This document shows, piece by piece, positions 20,397 through 28,568 of a stretch of 64,000 nucleotides of DNA (positions within the stretch are counted from its first letter, which is position 1; every line of letters begins with the position of its first letter). Source of the stretch: a virus (taxonomy: Duplodnaviria > Caudoviricetes); IMG/VR virus record IMGVR_UViG_3300015607_002466, positions 13,394 to 77,393 of that record; one strand, given 5' to 3'. The notes beneath the pieces are model-generated. The model saw nothing but the letters and a program-made list of their open reading frames with translations. It was not told the DNA's origin and ran no database searches. A program made the position numbers and the translations under genes.

Positions 20397-22001
20397 ATGG
20401 CATGTGATTGCGGCGCACCAAGTAAAAGTGGGTTATGGACTTCTATCCCAAATAGTGGTTTAACTGAGATGTTGCCTGGGGAGGACGTTGAATGTTATAT
20501 GCAACGTTCTTCTGATTCAACCGATAAGGGAGGTGCGCCCGAGCCAACTGACAAAATATCGAATAACGCAATCGTTCCTGATTGCGCAATGAAAATCGAT
20601 ATGCAGTTTAAACTTACGGATGGATCACCATCAAGCAAGTTTAAAGCTCCTGTTACATGGAGCATGGTTGACCCTGCTGACAAAGAAGGAAATAACGGGA
20701 AGTATACGATCAGTGGACTTGAGTTTACAAGCGACGGTAAACTCTCAGGAACGATGGATCCTCAAGCGGAAGGTCGCACTTTCACTGTACTGATCGTTGC
20801 AAAAGATTCAACTGGTGCAGAAATTGATTCGAGATCATTTACTTTTTCTCCGAAGAAATGCACACCTGGGGCCGACTTAAAATTTATCCATCCATTACCA
20901 GGATCGGTAAAGACAAGTGGTTTCGGCCCACGAGTCCACCCAGTTACTGGTGTAAAAAAGGATCATAAAGGCTGCGACTTCGCTTATTCTGGCGGCGTCA
21001 CAAAAGATGTTTTAGCAGCATGCGACGGCAAAGTGACGAAGGCTGGAGTAGGTGCTGGATACGGTAACGTTGTCTATATCCAGCATGTTAACGGTTCTGG
21101 AAAAGTAATGGCTGAAACGAGATACGCACATTTGGCGTCAATTTACGTTTCAGTAGGCCAGCAAGTGTCAGCAGGCCAGCCGATAGGTAAAGAGGGAAAT
21201 ACGGGTATTGGTACTGGAGCGCATCTTCATTTTGAATTGCGATTGCCAGGTGACAAGCCTGTTGATGGCTCTGAATACATCAATGGCACTATAAAGTCTG
21301 CGACATCTGACACCACTTCGGGTGATCCTGACCCTGGTAAACCAGCGGGCGCCGTGTCGCAAAGCGAGAACTCGAATAAGGCATTAACTACCGCTAAGGT
21401 AGATGCAGCTGCGAAACCTTGCGCTCCATTAAACACTTCTTCAGCATTGCCACCTCAACCCGATAAACAGGTGATTTCATCTTCACGATCTGACTGTAAA
21501 CCTGAAACCACACCTACCAAATCAGAGGTTCAAGCAAAAATCAATTCTGTTCTTGATAAACATCCAGATCTTGATGCTAGCGATAGGGATTTTATTATGC
21601 AGACCGCTAAAATCGAGTCAACTTACGATCCATACGCAAAGAACCCAACTACTTCTGCAACAGGTCTATATCAAATGGTTGATGGGACTGCTAATGCTTA
21701 TTACAAAAAAATCGGCGTCGAACCTACTTGTGAAAATAGATGCGACGCCGAAATAGCTACAGAAGCAATGGTTAGGTTCTATAAAGAAGCAATCCTAAAA
21801 TTCTATCAAGAATTTAAGTCAAAGCAAACCATAGCTGGAAAGCATTTAACTCCAGAACTTATTCAAAAGTATAATGCACTCAGTAAGGCTGAGTTTTGTT
21901 ATGGGTTGATTCACCACGATGGTGTTGGTAATGCTGTAAAAGGAATTGATCGTCAAGGTGTCCAAATCGCTAGATCACGATTTAGTAGCAACACTGCTTA
22001 A
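20397..22001 (+). CDS. Modular peptidoglycan hydrolase: Ig-like + M23 peptidase + SLT-like transglycosylase
   Basis: M23 motifs HKGCD, YGN and GAHLHFE; lysozyme-like IES...ATGLYQ motif. Confidence 0.8.
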   Translation: MACDCGAPSKSGLWTSIPNSGLTEMLPGEDVECYMQRSSDSTDKGGAPEPTDKISNNAIVPDCAMKIDMQFKLTDGSPSSKFKAPVTWSMVDPADKEGNNGKYTISGLEFTSDGKLSGTMDPQAEGRTFTVLIVAKDSTGAEIDSRSFTFSPKKCTPGADLKFIHPLPGSVKTSGFGPRVHPVTGVKKDHKGCDFAYSGGVTKDVLAACDGKVTKAGVGAGYGNVVYIQHVNGSGKVMAETRYAHLASIYVSVGQQVSAGQPIGKEGNTGIGTGAHLHFELRLPGDKPVDGSEYINGTIKSATSDTTSGDPDPGKPAGAVSQSENSNKALTTAKVDAAAKPCAPLNTSSALPPQPDKQVISSSRSDCKPETTPTKSEVQAKINSVLDKHPDLDASDRDFIMQTAKIESTYDPYAKNPTTSATGLYQMVDGTANAYYKKIGVEPTCENRCDAEIATEAMVRFYKEAILKFYQEFKSKQTIAGKHLTPELIQKYNALSKAEFCYGLIHHDGVGNAVKGIDRQGVQIARSRFSSNTA

Positions 22002-22559
22002 AAAGTCGATAAACGGGTAAGGTTCTTTAGATTTGAACCTTTTCCAGAATTGTGGGTGCGGAAACGAAATTGGGTCCCACCCATTTTTCTTTGCCCATTT
22101 TTCGGCAACCTTTCCCAAACAGATGACTTTCTTCGGTTTAAGTTCTGTTACCATAGAAGGATCATTTTCAGATCCGTCAAGGTTGAAGGCATTTACCCAA
22201 AAAAGTTTCCCTTCATCAATCCTTGCCCTAGCAAGTAGGTTGTTTAGCCATCCTGAACATCCAGTGGTATCATTGAACGGGTATGAACGTTGAAACGGAG
22301 ACGGACCCGAAGGTTTTTCACCAATGACAGCAATGATTGATCCATCGCTTAAGAAGTTCCCTGCACAATTCTGAAACTTATCGGGAATAGATCGACTGAC
22401 GTCTAGACGACTAGACAATTGAGTAATGACGAGTAGATCATCCTTATAACAGGACTTCCAATTACCGTCATACATCATTTTTGATAAAGCGGCCGACCTT
22501 CCGACCGCTAAACCATGCTCCTCAACAATTTTGAGGAGCTCAACTACATTCTTATGCAT
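21975..22559 (-). CDS. Uracil-DNA glycosylase-superfamily protein
   Basis: Motif A-like IGEKP, VICLGKVA and motif B-like HPQF. Start reassigned to ATG 22559, which overlaps the upstream stop. Confidence 0.6.
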   Translation of the reverse strand: MHKNVVELLKIVEEHGLAVGRSAALSKMMYDGNWKSCYKDDLLVITQLSSRLDVSRSIPDKFQNCAGNFLSDGSIIAVIGEKPSGPSPFQRSYPFNDTTGCSGWLNNLLARARIDEGKLFWVNAFNLDGSENDPSMVTELKPKKVICLGKVAEKWAKKNGWDPISFPHPQFWKRFKSKEPYPFIDFLSSVATKS

Positions 22560-23019
22560 CGAGCCAGTTCTTGTTGATGTTGATGCTGAACAGACGATAT
22601 GACACAGCACGACGGAAAGCTTCCTCCGCTGAACCAAATCGCGAAATCGGGAAACGCTTCAGCTTGGTTTTACCGTTAACGGTGTAGTTCGCGATGTAAG
22701 CATAAGGATGCTTGCGCTTTAGACGATCATAAGTGTGTTCAAGATAGACACCAACCACACCAGTCTTATTGTCTGAACGATCAATAAGGATTCGCACCTT
22801 CTCATCAGACATGGTAGGAACCAGGTTACGAGCCGCGGAAAGATTCTTGGTTTGGTTGTAAAGATCGACTAGGGAGTCGACATATTGTTCGGCTGCAATT
22901 CTAGCCTTTTTCTTACCACCACAAGACAGGAAATTGAACGTCTTGCTTGGAGCATGACGTAGTTCATCAGAAGTAAAATTGACAACGAGGTCTTTAGTGG
23001 TTTCTTTGATCTGATACAT
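22552..23019 (-). CDS. AP2-domain DNA-binding protein without an HNH domain
   Basis: NKTGVVGV...KRFPISRFGSAEEAFRRAVSYR is an AP2 signature, with a possible second degenerate AP2 at the N-terminus. Start reassigned to ATG 23019 (SD GGAG). Confidence 0.65.
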   Translation of the reverse strand: MYQIKETTKDLVVNFTSDELRHAPSKTFNFLSCGGKKKARIAAEQYVDSLVDLYNQTKNLSAARNLVPTMSDEKVRILIDRSDNKTGVVGVYLEHTYDRLKRKHPYAYIANYTVNGKTKLKRFPISRFGSAEEAFRRAVSYRLFSININKNWLDA

Positions 23020-23079
23020 TATTTTTATTCTCCATGAAGAAACGATTTTCAAAATGGTAGACTTTGCCACCATTTTGAA

Positions 23080-23108
23080 ATTATATCATAGAGAACAGGA
23101 TTTGTAAA
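23080..23108 (-). promoter_or_regulatory. sigma70-type promoter TTTACA-N17-TATAAT with extended TG
   Basis: Read directly from the minus strand, upstream of the AP2 gene. Confidence 0.8.
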
Positions 23109-23111
23109 CTG

Positions 23112-23768
23112 TTATACGTGCTCTTTAAACCAGCTTTCAATGAAGCCAGATTTGCCCGCTGGATAACGCTTTGGATCATACATCCACATTGCTGAACCAT
23201 CATCTGGGTTGATGCAAATGTTGATCTTTACTTGGTACAGAGAACCAACTAGTATTGGCGAAATCGCAGTGATGAAGTGCGGACCTGCTGGGAAAATTAC
23301 CAAAGTTCCAGCCTGAGGCGCAAAGCTGAAGTTGTAAGCTGGGAATTCAAGTTTCCCACCATAGACTTCATTGCGTGGATCAAGAGGAGCTTGATCATTG
23401 TAGTCCTTTAACCAAAGGAAACCAACTAGGTCGATGTCCTTGGTCTTTACCCATTTCTTTCGCATAAACTTAGAGTTTTCGCAGCCTGGATTTTCTGCTG
23501 GCCCTTTATGATTCTCTGGGAAATATTGAAAGACCATCTTTTCGACACCTTTGATGGTACCGTCATATCGATCTTCGATTTCTGGGAATTTACTTTTCAA
23601 GCGAGAAAATAGGAAATCCTCTCCTTCAAGATAGTGTCTCTCCATCTTGATAGGATTTCCTTCAGTGTCATAGTTTGGAGTCTTGACTTCGATTTCTGCA
23701 ATAAGCTCTTGACACTTCTTTGGAGAAATGAATTCAGGATAAACTAGGAATGGGCTGCGAATTGTCAT
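23112..23768 (-). CDS. 2OG-Fe(II) oxygenase-fold protein, apparently lacking iron ligands
   Basis: FISPKKC, YGGKLEFP and GTLVIFP motifs of prolyl-hydroxylase-like proteins; the HxD and distal His are not visible. Confidence 0.6.
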   Translation of the reverse strand: MTIRSPFLVYPEFISPKKCQELIAEIEVKTPNYDTEGNPIKMERHYLEGEDFLFSRLKSKFPEIEDRYDGTIKGVEKMVFQYFPENHKGPAENPGCENSKFMRKKWVKTKDIDLVGFLWLKDYNDQAPLDPRNEVYGGKLEFPAYNFSFAPQAGTLVIFPAGPHFITAISPILVGSLYQVKINICINPDDGSAMWMYDPKRYPAGKSGFIESWFKEHV

Positions 23769-23802
23769 AAGTGTTATTATCTTTGTTATGCGATTGAATT
23801 AT

Positions 23803-25434
23803 TTATTCTTCTTCCTTTTTGCTTTCTTCACCATCGGTTTTAGCATCGACAGTATTCAGCGATTTAGTGGAAAGATGAACAAGAGCAGGATTAACAAGAA
23901 CATTAGCCTGAGCTAATGCACGACGGCCAAGTAGTACGTCATAGTTTAGGCCGCCACGGTCATTGACGGTGAACTCAACGTTGTGTAGTGTTTTTCCGTC
24001 GACAACAATATCAAGTCTAATAATTGGGCGTTTGTCTTTGCCGTTTGCAGCGACAATCTTTACGCTCTTAAGTAGGCTAAAGCGATATCGATAGTCACCA
24101 AATGTAAATGAAATAGTTTCATCATTCATGTCGATATCGGAACCGTTAATTGAACTGTATTCAGCTCCGGTGTCGATACGAACATCGATTGGCTTTTCAT
24201 CGTTGAAATACTTAATCACAATCTTATCAACTGAACCAACAAGGGAGAAATCGTCATTGCTGATCTTTTCTTTTTCTGGTTCAATGATGTTGGAATCGTC
24301 AACCTCTTTGGAAGGTTCTTCCTTGTGTTTTGGTTCTTCATCTTCTTCGGTTTCATTGCCCTTAGAATCTTCCTCAGACTCGACTTCTTCCTCTTCCTCA
24401 TTAGATTTTGGTTCAGAATCTTCTTCAGTCTCATTACCATGAGTGTCTTCCTCAGACTCGACTTCTTCTTCCTCTTCTGGTGCAACCTCACCAGATGTTA
24501 CCGTTTTTTCAGTTGGTGTATTTTCCTGTTTGTTGCTTCCATCGTCATTAGTATTTGCGCCCATCATAGTGGCAACAAACTCAATTACTTTGTCGGCGAT
24601 ATTGAAGTCAATAACCTTTTGCATTGCTTCAAAGCCAGGAGAACCGTTAACCTCAAGTAGATAGATTTCTTTGTCTACGACGATGTAGTCAACTGCGGCA
24701 AATTGAGTACCAACGAGCTTAGCGGCTTTGATGCAGATTTCGGTTTCTTCAGGTGTTGGCTCATATTTTTTGAGCTCTGCGCCTTGGTGAGCATTTGATC
24801 TGAAATCTCCATCTGGAATAGTTCTTACCACACCAGCCAAAGCTTGATCGCCAAGAACTAGAATTCGAGCTGATTCCTCGTGAGCAATATACTCTTGAAG
24901 CATGAACTCAACATTTGTCTTTACCAACTGCTGACAAATTGAACGAAGAGAAGCAAGAGAATCTGCACGCATAACACCAACACCATGCGTACCAAAAATA
25001 GTCTTAACGATTACTGGGAATTTCCCGCCAATTGACTCGAGAGCTTTATCGAGCTGTTCTTCGTTGATGAATAGCGCAGTTTTAGGAGTTTTGATACCCT
25101 CATTATTGAGGATAATTTGAGTCTCAATCTTGTTAGATGCAGTGCGCATTGACGCACCAGTGTTTAGAACCTTTACACCCATTTTTTCGAAATGCTTCAT
25201 GATCGCAACCTTATAGTCAAGGTTGGTTTCAGACAAACGAGGAATGCAGGCGTCAGCCTTTTCGAATTTGCTGCCCTTATTTGCGAAGAATGTGTCGGTA
25301 GCTAAATAGATGTAGCACTCATCAGGATTGATTACCTCAAGCTCAAAGCCCTGCTTTTCTGCGCTTTCAGCAAACTTTTCCTGAACGAAACTCTCAGGTT
25401 CAGTGGTAAAAAGAACAATCTTTTTCTTTTCCAT
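23803..25434 (-). CDS. rimK: RimK-family ATP-grasp ligase fused via an acidic linker to a retropepsin-like (RimB-type) protease
   Basis: IVKTIFGTHGVGV, LQEYI, FRSNAHQG and LLEVNGSPG motifs; C-terminal IDTGA...LLGRRAL. Start reassigned to ATG 25434. Confidence 0.8.
   Translation of the reverse strand: MEKKKIVLFTTEPESFVQEKFAESAEKQGFELEVINPDECYIYLATDTFFANKGSKFEKADACIPRLSETNLDYKVAIMKHFEKMGVKVLNTGASMRTASNKIETQIILNNEGIKTPKTALFINEEQLDKALESIGGKFPVIVKTIFGTHGVGVMRADSLASLRSICQQLVKTNVEFMLQEYIAHEESARILVLGDQALAGVVRTIPDGDFRSNAHQGAELKKYEPTPEETEICIKAAKLVGTQFAAVDYIVVDKEIYLLEVNGSPGFEAMQKVIDFNIADKVIEFVATMMGANTNDDGSNKQENTPTEKTVTSGEVAPEEEEEVESEEDTHGNETEEDSEPKSNEEEEEVESEEDSKGNETEEDEEPKHKEEPSKEVDDSNIIEPEKEKISNDDFSLVGSVDKIVIKYFNDEKPIDVRIDTGAEYSSINGSDIDMNDETISFTFGDYRYRFSLLKSVKIVAANGKDKRPIIRLDIVVDGKTLHNVEFTVNDRGGLNYDVLLGRRALAQANVLVNPALVHLSTKSLNTVDAKTDGEESKKEEE
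24340..24480 (-). repeat. 78-bp (26-aa) tandem duplication in the acidic linker
   Basis: tcttcctcagactcgacttcttc occurs at 24368 and 24446; the protein shows EEEEEVESEED..GNETEED.EPK twice. Confidence 0.85.
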
Positions 25435-25444
25435 TGAATTCACC

Positions 25445-25879
25445 TTAAACAAAAGTGCCTTTGCCTGGGACACCAGCCAATTCTCTTAGACCTTTTAGTA
25501 GTTTGGAGTTGTCTTTCTTTTCTTCCTTTTTACTTTCAACGAAAGTAACTGGTTGAGCAGAAGTTTGATCTGCTAGGCTTTGTTTGCAGAAAGAAACGGT
25601 CTTTAGCATTTTTGCGGTTTTGTATTCACCAGTCGCTGGGCAGGTCCAGTTAACAGACAATACAATATCAAAAACTGCTTGACTTGGATCATTTGATGAC
25701 GAAGGTGAAATAGATTCAGCGTAGACGTTGATGTTCTCAAACGCTGGCATTTGTTGTGGAGCTACAACTGGAACTTCTGGGGTAAATGAAGTAGTTGGAA
25801 CTTCTGGGGAAACTGGAGCTGGAGTAACTTCAACAGGTGCATTAGCTACTGGAGCTGAGAAAGACATGGTTGGTTCCAT
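25445..25879 (-). CDS. Hypothetical protein with a Pro/Val-rich N-terminus
   Basis: 144-aa ORF with SD AAGGA and TAAATA at 25946-25951. Confidence 0.6.
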   Translation of the reverse strand: MEPTMSFSAPVANAPVEVTPAPVSPEVPTTSFTPEVPVVAPQQMPAFENINVYAESISPSSSNDPSQAVFDIVLSVNWTCPATGEYKTAKMLKTVSFCKQSLADQTSAQPVTFVESKKEEKKDNSKLLKGLRELAGVPGKGTFV

Positions 25880-25881
25880 TT

Positions 25882-26550
25882 TTAATCCTTATCTGAAAAG
25901 AGAATTTCGTAAAACCGATGTGCGCGGTTTTCTAACTTATCATAATATTTATTCAAATCAACGCAAAACTCTAATGGGAACCCGTCTTTAGTCGCCATAA
26001 TGATAACTCCATGGTCGATATTCGTTCCATACATTTCATTATGCGCCATTGAATAAAACGCTAATTGGTACTTGTAATCCTCAATCATGCTGTCAGATTT
26101 TATTTTAGACGACGTCTTCCAGTCAAGGATACTTGGTTTACCTTTATAGACTCCAATACAGTCGCATCGGCCAGCGATTTTTACCTTCGTTGAATAAAGT
26201 GCGACCTCTTGTCCCCACACTTCGTCGATCTTTTTCAAATAACCCTTGACTGAACGGAACCGTTTGATTTGTTCTTCAGTAAATTGCGATTCATCTATCG
26301 TTTCTCCCTTTAGGAAAAGCTCAATTAATAAGTGGACAGCTGTACCGTTAGTAGTCGCTTCATGACTAATTCTTGCGGCTTCAGCTTCACCGATTGATTT
26401 CTTCCAATTTTCAAGGCTTAGGCGTGTCTCTTCAGATTGGGTTTTACCCAACATCGAAGTGATTGACGGAAATGCCATATCTTCGTTGATCACGTACCAA
26501 CGAAGATTGAATTCCTCAATAGTTGGAAAGTCTAAATAGTTGAATTTCAT
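25882..26550 (-). CDS. PD-(D/E)XK exonuclease (Cas4/MGME1-like, common in T4-like phages)
   Basis: PSITSML, GTAVH, EVALYS, AGRCDC, ILDWKTS and YQLAFY motifs. Confidence 0.85.
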   Translation of the reverse strand: MKFNYLDFPTIEEFNLRWYVINEDMAFPSITSMLGKTQSEETRLSLENWKKSIGEAEAARISHEATTNGTAVHLLIELFLKGETIDESQFTEEQIKRFRSVKGYLKKIDEVWGQEVALYSTKVKIAGRCDCIGVYKGKPSILDWKTSSKIKSDSMIEDYKYQLAFYSMAHNEMYGTNIDHGVIIMATKDGFPLEFCVDLNKYYDKLENRAHRFYEILFSDKD

Positions 26551-26601
26551 AAATGGAAACGGGGATTTTAAAATCCCCGTTGTTTGATAGGATAGATGTA
26601 T

Positions 26602-28539
26602 TTATCCTAGAATTTTGTCAATTGACTTAGCAGAAAGTAGAACACCAAATGGATACTTATCGCTATGACCTGGCTTCACTGATTTGATAACGTACTCTTT
26701 ACCTCTTGCCAATGCGATTAGGTTGACTTTGCCAAGATTTTCAGATTTAACAACACCTGATTTACCGTCACCAAGGATCTTTAGAACTTTTTCAAATTGT
26801 TCTTCATCGAATTCAACAGAGAAATCCTTAACCTTTAGAGTTGTTCCGCCGACAGAGCCCATAGAAACTACAGTGAAGGTACCAAGATCTGCTGCATTAT
26901 CAGTCTTAGAGAAGTCTTCAAGCAAACCATTTGATTTGTACTCAACTACCTTTTCAACTTCAACCTTAGATTCGATTTCAACCTTAGCTGCTTCGTAACC
27001 TTCCTTTAATGCGCTCTTGTGTTCTGCCTTTAGGAGGTCTGATAGCATGTAAATGTAAGTCTTAATACGAGAATGTTTGACCGCAATCTTTGCTAGATTC
27101 TTAATGCGATTTCTGAAGGCAGTTTTCTTGTAGGTTAGTAAGAATTCTGGTACACCAAGAGCAAGAATCAATCCATAAATCTTCTTTGAGATTTCTGTTG
27201 ATAGCTGATCCTTAATGGTGCCTTGAATCTTTTCTTCTTTTTCCTCTGCTTCAGTAATTTTATGAATCTCGCTCTTCTTAGAAGCCAAATCCCTGCCAAG
27301 CTTAGTCAAAATGTTCTTGATCTGTGGATGATGTTGGATCATAGTCGCAACATCTTTAACACCCTTACGAACCTTAAATTTACGGATATTGATTTGGTCA
27401 GCATTAACGCCGAGCAAAAGAATGGTGCGATAGATTAGCTGTTGTACTGGGGTCGCAAAGATCTTTGAAAGCTCTTCCTCATCCTTTGAAAGGGTAATGT
27501 GGAAAACGTCAGCAGAATCGTCAGGCTGAGCGTCAGTCTTTTTCGGTTCTTCGTGCTTTACTTCAACTTTCTTTGGCTCAGTCTTCTTATGTTCAGCTTT
27601 AGCTTCGTTTAGAGAAACCAATTGTTGTAGTAGTGATTTGCCTTCTTGCTTCATTTTGTCTTCCTTGTCCTTGGATTTTTTCTTATCCTTCTTTTTGTCC
27701 TTGTTTTCTGGATCGTCTTCAGGCTCATCCTCAGAATCATCCTCTTCAGGTTCGCCTTCATCGTCCTTTTTATCTTCATCTTCTTCAGGCTTGTCTTCGC
27801 TTCCATCTTCAGATGAATCGTCCTCGCCACCTTCACCGTCGACTTCATCCTCTTCAGGTTTGTCTTCACCCTTATCATCTTCTTCGGAGTCATCTCCAAA
27901 ACTTAGACTATCGGAATCATCTTCAGTTTCTTTCTCGTCGGAGTCGTCTTCTTCAGATTTGTCTTCAGAATCGTCATCCTTCTCTTCGTCATCCTTCTTA
28001 TCTTTTTTCTTCTTTTCATTTTCGTCATCGATTAGATCTTCACCATCCATATCTTGGACAATGTCATCATCGGTTAGAGGTTCATCTAGTTTGTTTTCGA
28101 TTCCAACTTCAGGAGCTTCGCCTTCTGGATTTTCACCATTTAGACCGACTTCTTGAGCGTCCATCTCGCCTGGTTTGACTACGCTCACGATGTCGAACTC
28201 ATTTGATAGCTCTTCAATAGCTTGGTCAATGTTATCAATCTTACCAAGAAGTTGAGACATGCGCTGTTCAAATGCTTCAGCTTCTTCCGCATTTACATAA
28301 ACTTTAACGATGTCGCCATCAGTTGTTTCTAGACCAAATGCTACAGTGTCAACGTGGTCATCGGCGTCATCGACCGCGTGTAAATGGTTGGTAACATCAC
28401 CTGCAGTTAGTTCACTGCCGTGGATGTTCTGCAACAAAGAGAATGAGGTGTTAGCCTTGTTTTGCGGAGTCGCTGCTATTAGAGGAGCAGTTTCATCCTC
28501 AGATAGTTTTGTATTTAAAATCTGTTTTAGTAGGGACAT
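26602..28539 (-). CDS. Highly acidic probable head-internal/core protein
   Basis: ~150-aa D/E/K low-complexity tract and several L/I-x-E motifs. Start reassigned to ATG 28539 (SD AAGGT); TAAATA upstream. Confidence 0.55.
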   Translation of the reverse strand: MSLLKQILNTKLSEDETAPLIAATPQNKANTSFSLLQNIHGSELTAGDVTNHLHAVDDADDHVDTVAFGLETTDGDIVKVYVNAEEAEAFEQRMSQLLGKIDNIDQAIEELSNEFDIVSVVKPGEMDAQEVGLNGENPEGEAPEVGIENKLDEPLTDDDIVQDMDGEDLIDDENEKKKKDKKDDEEKDDDSEDKSEEDDSDEKETEDDSDSLSFGDDSEEDDKGEDKPEEDEVDGEGGEDDSSEDGSEDKPEEDEDKKDDEGEPEEDDSEDEPEDDPENKDKKKDKKKSKDKEDKMKQEGKSLLQQLVSLNEAKAEHKKTEPKKVEVKHEEPKKTDAQPDDSADVFHITLSKDEEELSKIFATPVQQLIYRTILLLGVNADQINIRKFKVRKGVKDVATMIQHHPQIKNILTKLGRDLASKKSEIHKITEAEEKEEKIQGTIKDQLSTEISKKIYGLILALGVPEFLLTYKKTAFRNRIKNLAKIAVKHSRIKTYIYMLSDLLKAEHKSALKEGYEAAKVEIESKVEVEKVVEYKSNGLLEDFSKTDNAADLGTFTVVSMGSVGGTTLKVKDFSVEFDEEQFEKVLKILGDGKSGVVKSENLGKVNLIALARGKEYVIKSVKPGHSDKYPFGVLLSAKSIDKILG

Positions 28540-28568
28540 TTGCTTACCTTGCAAGTAAAGTGTTTCTA

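Noticed and set aside
22552-23073. HNH-AP2 homing endonuclease
   Set aside because: No HNH motif is present, and the track's extended GTG start lies inside the promoter hairpin.
24128-24664. Plus-strand Ser- or Phe-rich ORFs
   Set aside because: They are antisense shadows of the Glu-rich RimK linker and have no SD or realistic composition.
25882-26550. Cas4/CRISPR system
   Set aside because: There is no repeat-spacer array or other cas gene; this nuclease type is common in T4-like phages.
27633-28178. Poly-Ser and Arg/His-rich plus-strand ORFs
   Set aside because: They are reverse-complement artefacts of the D/E/K low-complexity tract.
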